From contig JANXNS010000003.1 in NCBI GenBank assembly GCA_025353965.1, positions 10,776 to 74,775 on the forward strand: DNA of 64,000 nucleotides. Direction: 5' to 3'. Each line of letters starts with the position of its first letter. Position 1 is the stretch's first letter. The position numbers and the translations under genes were made by a program. The notes under the pieces were generated by a model. It did no database searches and was not told the DNA's origin. It worked only from the letters and a program-made list of their open reading frames with translations. Source of the stretch: Aquihabitans sp. GTDB taxonomy: Bacteria; Actinomycetota; Acidimicrobiia; Acidimicrobiales; Iamiaceae. This document shows positions 58,933 to 64,000 of the stretch, piece by piece.

Positions 58933-59445
58933 TCAGGCGTCTGAGGCGGCGGGCGGAAGCATCGACTGGACCATCTCCGCAAACCGACCGCCGCTCATGT
59001 ATAGCGTGTCCTCGACGCGTCGGGTGATCACCCAGCGGTCGCCGAGGCGGGTGTACTCGTCCCGGTAGATCGCCCCCACGTCCATGATCTCCGCCTCGCC
59101 CTCCCAGTCAACCCCGTTCCGGTTGAAGACGTGGACCCGGCCCGTGGCCTGGTCGGCGCCGGCGAAGCGGATCTCGTGCGTGGAGATCGAGTGCTGGCAG
59201 AACGTGAAGACCCACAGCGCGCCGGGCATCCACTGCGCCACCTCAGCTGGCGTGCCTGCGATTCCTCCAGCTGCCCGGTAGTCGACGAACCCGCCCGGCT
59301 CGAAGAGCGCCTCCCACCTGGCCCAGTCGCGGCCATCGACGGCGTATGCGTAGGCGACGGCAAGGTCTTGGATGGCGGCGATGTCGCAGAGGCGGGATGA
59401 ATCAGGAATCTTCCCATCGGTGATGGTGGGCGTGGCCTCGCTCAT
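58933..59445 (-). CDS. SnoaL/NTF2-like protein
   Basis: IQDL...YAYAVDGRDW...LF, GAIYRDEY.R.GDRW.I..R. Confidence 0.85.
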   Translation of the reverse strand: MSEATPTITDGKIPDSSRLCDIAAIQDLAVAYAYAVDGRDWARWEALFEPGGFVDYRAAGGIAGTPAEVAQWMPGALWVFTFCQHSISTHEIRFAGADQATGRVHVFNRNGVDWEGEAEIMDVGAIYRDEYTRLGDRWVITRRVEDTLYMSGGRFAEMVQSMLPPAASDA

Positions 59446-59476
59446 GGGGTGCTCCAGTTCTGATTGGGGGGCACGC

Positions 59477-60583
59477 TCAGCCGATGGCGTCGAGCGTGTC
59501 GAGGTCCAGGACGGCGGCCACGGTGCGCTCAATGTTGGCGATGGTGATCTCGGGTCCGTAGTTCTCCGGCGGACAGATGAGCCACCCGATCACCAGACCC
59601 CACAACGCGGCTCGCCGGTGCTGATCGAACGCGGCATCGAGGGTCGGTGCATCAGGTACGCCGCGGTCCGCGAGCTTTCCCAGGTACTCGTCGAGCAACG
59701 TGCGCTGGTGGGTCCGACGAACCTCGGGATCCAGGGCGGTCACCAGGAAGTAGGTGACGTCGTGGGCCCAGCTACCCCGCATCATGAGCTGCCAATCCAA
59801 CAGGCCCCCGTTGCTGCCGGGCAGCAGGTAGGTGTTGCCCACGTGCGTGTCGCCGTGCAGCAGCGTGGTCGGGGCAACCGCATGGTCTCGCTGGACGATC
59901 CAGAGCAGGTCCCAGAGCTCCCCGAGGCTCCGGCCCAACGGTGCGAGGAGCTCGGACTTGAACGGGTGCCGGGCGACCTGGTCGGCGATGAGGTCGAACC
60001 CGATCAGGTCGAACACCTCGAACATCCCGCCGCTCGTCGGGGTGGCCAGCCAGTCCAGGTCGGTATCGAAGCGAGGGCTGTTCCAGAAGGTGGCGTGGAG
60101 GGTGGCGAGGTGGTCCAGGATGGACCGCACCTCGTGCAGGGTGACGTGATCGAGCGCGGAAGGGAATCGGGCTCCGCGGTGGCTGAGGTCCTCCAGCAGG
60201 AGGCCGAACCTGCCGGTGTCGGGGTCGTAACTCGTTGCTGCTGCGAGTGGTGCTTCGATGTGCAGCCCGTCGCGCAGTTCCGTGTAGAAGCGGACCTCGT
60301 TCTCGTACATCGCGGCCGGCGCGCGCGGCGACGCCATCATCGTCTTCAGCACCAAGTGTTCGGGGAGGCCGGTTCCGGTGCCGGGTCGGTAGGTGACGTC
60401 GAGCATCACCCGGTCGGCGGTCGAGGCGACCCCTTCTCCGCATCGCTTCGTGGCCGAGACGCTCACGGTCTCCACCACCACGCCCTCCCACCGTTCCCGA
60501 AGCGCACGCTCCAGGAGTGCCGGTGTGAGGTCCGCGGGGTCACGCGGGAAGGCCGGGCTCGAGGTGGATGAAGTGGTTCTCAT
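59477..60583 (-). CDS. phosphotransferase (APH/choline-ecdysteroid kinase-like)
   Basis: LVLK, EVRFY, LLLEDL, LLHGDTHVGN, LLDWQ. Confidence 0.87.
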   Translation of the reverse strand: MRTTSSTSSPAFPRDPADLTPALLERALRERWEGVVVETVSVSATKRCGEGVASTADRVMLDVTYRPGTGTGLPEHLVLKTMMASPRAPAAMYENEVRFYTELRDGLHIEAPLAAATSYDPDTGRFGLLLEDLSHRGARFPSALDHVTLHEVRSILDHLATLHATFWNSPRFDTDLDWLATPTSGGMFEVFDLIGFDLIADQVARHPFKSELLAPLGRSLGELWDLLWIVQRDHAVAPTTLLHGDTHVGNTYLLPGSNGGLLDWQLMMRGSWAHDVTYFLVTALDPEVRRTHQRTLLDEYLGKLADRGVPDAPTLDAAFDQHRRAALWGLVIGWLICPPENYGPEITIANIERTVAAVLDLDTLDAIG

Positions 60584-60584
60584 G

Positions 60585-61238
60585 TCAGCTGCCGCCGTTC
60601 GCCAGGTCGCCGAAGCGGTCTCGGAACGCGTCGATCGTCGTGGCGAACGTGTCCTCGTCCGACAGGGTCGAGAACTGGGCCAGGCCGATGGCGAAGACGA
60701 TCCAGAACCATGTGGCGGCGTCGTCCCCGGCCGTGTCGGCGGTGGTTCCGGCGAGCCGGCGGATCACATCGAACACACCGAACCGGGGACCTTGGGTGAA
60801 CACCACCTCCAACTCCGGATGACGGCGGACCTCCACGTACATCGAGGCCAGGAAGTCAACGTAGGTGTGGTCGTTCGCCCGCAGCACCCCGATGGCGTCG
60901 AGCAGGGCGCCCGGAAGAAGTGGGCCGTTGCGCGGTGTCGACTCGGCGCGTTCGAGCTCGGCGATCAACAGGTCCTGGGCCTCGGCGAACACCGCGGTGA
61001 ACAGACCGGCTTTCGAGCTGAAGTGGTTGTAGATCGCGGTGTGGGTCAGGCCGGCCGCTTCCGCGATCGACCGGTTCGAGGTGCCGGCGTAGCCGTGGGC
61101 GGCGAACTCTTGGCGTGCCGCGGCCACGATTGCGGCGGCGGTCTGGTCGCTCGGGGTGTTGGGGGGGCGGCCTCGTCGCCTCGGCCGTGGTGCGGTGTCG
61201 GCGGCTGGTGCCCGGTGTCTCTGTGCTCGCTCTGCCAT
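60585..61238 (-). CDS. TetR family transcriptional regulator
   Basis: RRRGRP, FAAHGYAGTSNRSIAEAAGLTHTAIYNHFSSKAGLF. Confidence 0.92.
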   Translation of the reverse strand: MAERAQRHRAPAADTAPRPRRRGRPPNTPSDQTAAAIVAAARQEFAAHGYAGTSNRSIAEAAGLTHTAIYNHFSSKAGLFTAVFAEAQDLLIAELERAESTPRNGPLLPGALLDAIGVLRANDHTYVDFLASMYVEVRRHPELEVVFTQGPRFGVFDVIRRLAGTTADTAGDDAATWFWIVFAIGLAQFSTLSDEDTFATTIDAFRDRFGDLANGGS

Positions 61239-61317
61239 CGATCCGGCTTAGAAATAGACAACTGTTACTTTCTGCGCCCACGCTAGCCCCAGACCTGCCC
61301 ATCGGGCCCGGAGCGTG

Positions 61318-63612
61318 TCAGTCGCTGCGGAATGCCACGGCGGCCTGGTGTTCCAAGTCGGCGAACGACGTTGCCCCAGCCGCTTCCACCACCAGTAGTT
61401 CCAGGTCGCCGCTGAACGGGACGGTTGGGTCGTAGCCGTCGTACACCGGCAGGGGTCGGCCGACGCCGACCAAAAGGGTCGCTGACGAGTTCGGGGTCCA
61501 GAGCCCGGGCCAGGAGTGGGGGAGGACACCCGCTCCGACCGGCGCTCCGTCGGCCTCGCATCGCATCGCCATGGTGTCGCCGTCGCGCTCGCCAATCAGG
61601 CAGATCGTCTGCGCACCAATCGGTGCGGCCACGGCCAGGCGGGTCAGGTGCTCGGACACGTAGCTGCAGACGAAGACCAGGTCTCCGCTGGCAGCGTCGA
61701 GGTGCCAGACCCAGCCGCCGTTGTAGTCGCCCTGTTCGGCGATGACGCCTCGGTCGCTCGGGGCGAGAGGCGACCCGAGGTGGGCGGTGATCGCGAAACC
61801 CTGGGCGAGGCCGGGGACGTTGTCCTCGAACACCCGCTCGCCTGGGCGCACCTCCACCCGCCGGTTCCCAGACGGCCAGGGAAGCAAGAGGTGCGCAATG
61901 CGGTCGAGCACGCCGTCGCTCAGCGGGAGTACGCCGTTGCGCTCGGCCTCCTCGTACCAGCGAGCAACCAGACGGTCCCGCAGGTCTGGAAGCTCGTCGC
62001 CGAGGTCGTGGTTCTCGGCGATGTCGGCCCGTGTGTCGAACAGCGCCCAACGGTCCAGCTCGAAGTCGCTGCTGCCGGCCAGGAGCTCCCGCTCCGCGTG
62101 GGTGAGCTGGTTGACGTGATCGGTGACCACCTTCCACCCGTCTTCGTACATGGCCCGACTTCCCCAGCACTCGTAGTACTGGCTGGTGCGGGGATCGTCA
62201 GCGTTGGGGTCGTGGAGCATCGGCCCCAACGAGACCCCGTCGAGGCTCATCTGATCGACACCCCGGACCGTCTCGGGCACCTCGACGCCGGCCATCTCGA
62301 GGAGCGTCGGATACAGGTCGACCGCGTGGGCGTACTGATGGCGGATCTCACCGGCGGCGTCCAGGCCCCCGGGCCACGAGATGATCATGGGGTCGCGCAC
62401 CCCGCCCTCGAACGTGTAGCGCTTGAACCGGCGCACCGGCGTATTGCCCGCCTCCGCCCAGCCCCACGGGTAGTGGTTGTACGCCCGCTGGCCCCCGAGC
62501 TCGTCGATCCGGGCAAGGTTCAAGTCAAAGCTCTCGTCGCGACCCTGGGCGAACCGGTACTCCGAGATCGACCCATGCGGACCCCCCTCTCCCGACGCAC
62601 CGTTGTCGGACAGTAGGACCACGATCGTGTCGTCGAGCTGCCCGAGCGCCTCGATCTCGGCGATCACCCGGCCGATCTGGTCGTCGGCGTGCGACAGGAA
62701 GCCCGCGTAGACCTCCATCATCCGGGCGTACAAGCGCCGGTGGTCATCATCGAGGTCTTCCCATCGCGGCACGTGAGGCGACGGGTCGGGGAGCGCGGTG
62801 CCCGGAGGAACGATCCCGTTCTGCACCTGCCGTTCCAGCGCCCGGCGGCGCCACTCCTCCCATCCGTCGTCGAACTGGCCGCGGTAGCGATCGGACCACT
62901 CGGGTGTGACGTGGTGCGGTGCGTGGCTGGCGCCGAGTGCCAGCCAGAGCAGGAACGGCCGGTCGGCCTGGTTGCGTCGGAGTTCTCGTAGCCGGGCGAT
63001 CGACTCGTCGGCCAGGTCTTCGCTGAGGTGGTAGCCCTCGTCGGGGGTGTGGGGCGGGTCCACGTAGGTGTTGTCCCGGACGAGCTCGGGCGCCCAATGG
63101 TTGGCATCCCCGCCGAGGAATCCATAGAAGCGCTCGAACCCTCGCCCGAGCGGCCAGTTCTCGAATGGCCCTGACGGGGAGCGTTCGTCGCGTGGCGTGA
63201 GGTGCCACTTGCCGACGGCGAAGGTCGCGTAGCCGTCTGCTCGCAGCACCTCCGCCAGGGTCGCGGCCTCGGATGGGATGCGCGCCGTGTAGCCCGGGAA
63301 CCGCATCGGCAGGTCTGGAAGCATGCCGAACCCCACCCGATGGTGGTTGCGGCCCGTCAGCAGGCACGCTCGAGTCGGCGAGCACACCGCCGTGGTGTGG
63401 AAGTTGGTCAGTCGGACGCCGCGGTCGGCCAAGGCGTCGATGTTGGGGGTAGCAATGTCCGAGCCGTAGCAGCCGAGCTGGGCGAACCCCGTGTCATCGA
63501 GGACCACGACGACGATGTTGGGCGCGCTGGGTCGGAACGGCTGCGCGGTCGGAGCTGACGTGCTGCTGGAGGTGGTCAGCCCGATGACCGCACCGGTGCT
63601 CTGCTCAGACAC
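61318..63612 (-). CDS. arylsulfatase (formylglycine-dependent, AtsA-like)
   Basis: PNIVVVVLDDTG, CSPTRACLLTGR, VGKWH, SDNG, FEGGVRDP; C-terminal LamG-like region. Confidence 0.93.
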   Translation of the reverse strand: MSEQSTGAVIGLTTSSSTSAPTAQPFRPSAPNIVVVVLDDTGFAQLGCYGSDIATPNIDALADRGVRLTNFHTTAVCSPTRACLLTGRNHHRVGFGMLPDLPMRFPGYTARIPSEAATLAEVLRADGYATFAVGKWHLTPRDERSPSGPFENWPLGRGFERFYGFLGGDANHWAPELVRDNTYVDPPHTPDEGYHLSEDLADESIARLRELRRNQADRPFLLWLALGASHAPHHVTPEWSDRYRGQFDDGWEEWRRRALERQVQNGIVPPGTALPDPSPHVPRWEDLDDDHRRLYARMMEVYAGFLSHADDQIGRVIAEIEALGQLDDTIVVLLSDNGASGEGGPHGSISEYRFAQGRDESFDLNLARIDELGGQRAYNHYPWGWAEAGNTPVRRFKRYTFEGGVRDPMIISWPGGLDAAGEIRHQYAHAVDLYPTLLEMAGVEVPETVRGVDQMSLDGVSLGPMLHDPNADDPRTSQYYECWGSRAMYEDGWKVVTDHVNQLTHAERELLAGSSDFELDRWALFDTRADIAENHDLGDELPDLRDRLVARWYEEAERNGVLPLSDGVLDRIAHLLLPWPSGNRRVEVRPGERVFEDNVPGLAQGFAITAHLGSPLAPSDRGVIAEQGDYNGGWVWHLDAASGDLVFVCSYVSEHLTRLAVAAPIGAQTICLIGERDGDTMAMRCEADGAPVGAGVLPHSWPGLWTPNSSATLLVGVGRPLPVYDGYDPTVPFSGDLELLVVEAAGATSFADLEHQAAVAFRSD

Positions 63613-63643
63613 AGCTGCGTGACCCGACCAGAGAAATCACCAG

Positions 63644-64000
63644 TTGGTACATTCGGGCGATGGTATCTCGATCGACGGTGCGAAGCGCAAGGCCCGCTCG
63701 TCTCGCAACGCCGAGCTTCACGGTGCCTACGCCCGTCAGCTTCACCCGCTCGGCTCCGGCCCCTACGGCGAGGTGCACAGCGAGTTCTACGAGCGGGCGT
63801 CCAAGCTCATCGGCGGGTTCGAGCCCGAGGACGAGCTCATCGCCGAGTTAGCTAAGCGTGCCGCTGACGCGCTGATGAAGATGGCAAGGCTCGACTCCTT
63901 CGAGGCGGAGATGTCCCTGGTGACCGGCATCCCCGATGCCGACGTGAAGATGTTCTGCGGAGACCTCCAAGCCGCCGAGTTCGTCGAGATGGACATGGAG
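63644..64000 (+). CDS. partial hypothetical protein running off the window end
   Basis: Open frame with KARSSRNAELHG...ELIAELA..A....MARL..FE; start uncertain. Confidence 0.4.
   Translation, partial: MVHSGDGISIDGAKRKARSSRNAELHGAYARQLHPLGSGPYGEVHSEFYERASKLIGGFEPEDELIAELAKRAADALMKMARLDSFEAEMSLVTGIPDADVKMFCGDLQAAEFVEMDME

Overview
High-GC actinobacterial chromosome segment; an Acidimicrobiia-like source is inferred from gene content and order, not proven. 1-24.2 kb is mostly housekeeping: nadC, coaX, lysS, polyprenyl synthase, clpC, radA, disA, ispD, ispF, rlmB, two ABC-F genes, fdhD and an FdhF/YdeP oxidoreductase, plus a decayed CapA-like gene. 24.2-38.5 kb is an accessory region of short genes and pseudogenes (two-component system, Ni/Co permease, VapBC, phosphotransferases, ECF sigma pair, GNAT, regulators). 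38.5-53.8 kb is a ~15.3 kb integrative mobilisable element at tRNA-Thr(UGU), bounded by 45-bp att repeats and carrying a tyrosine integrase, an excisionase and a MobF/TrwC relaxase. 54-64 kb holds a transposase remnant and a sulfatase/kinase/GH10/GH1/SDR cluster. The main novelty is in the element's cargo: a run of compact single-gene units in mixed orientation, each separated by a same-strand 17-bp site (consensus NTGCCCC-NNNNC-GCCGG, extending into a CGCC-N7-GGC dyad). There are 10 clear copies plus degenerate ones. This resembles an integron-like gene-cassette array, but no IntI or complete attC site is visible. All calls were made by eye; no database searches were run.
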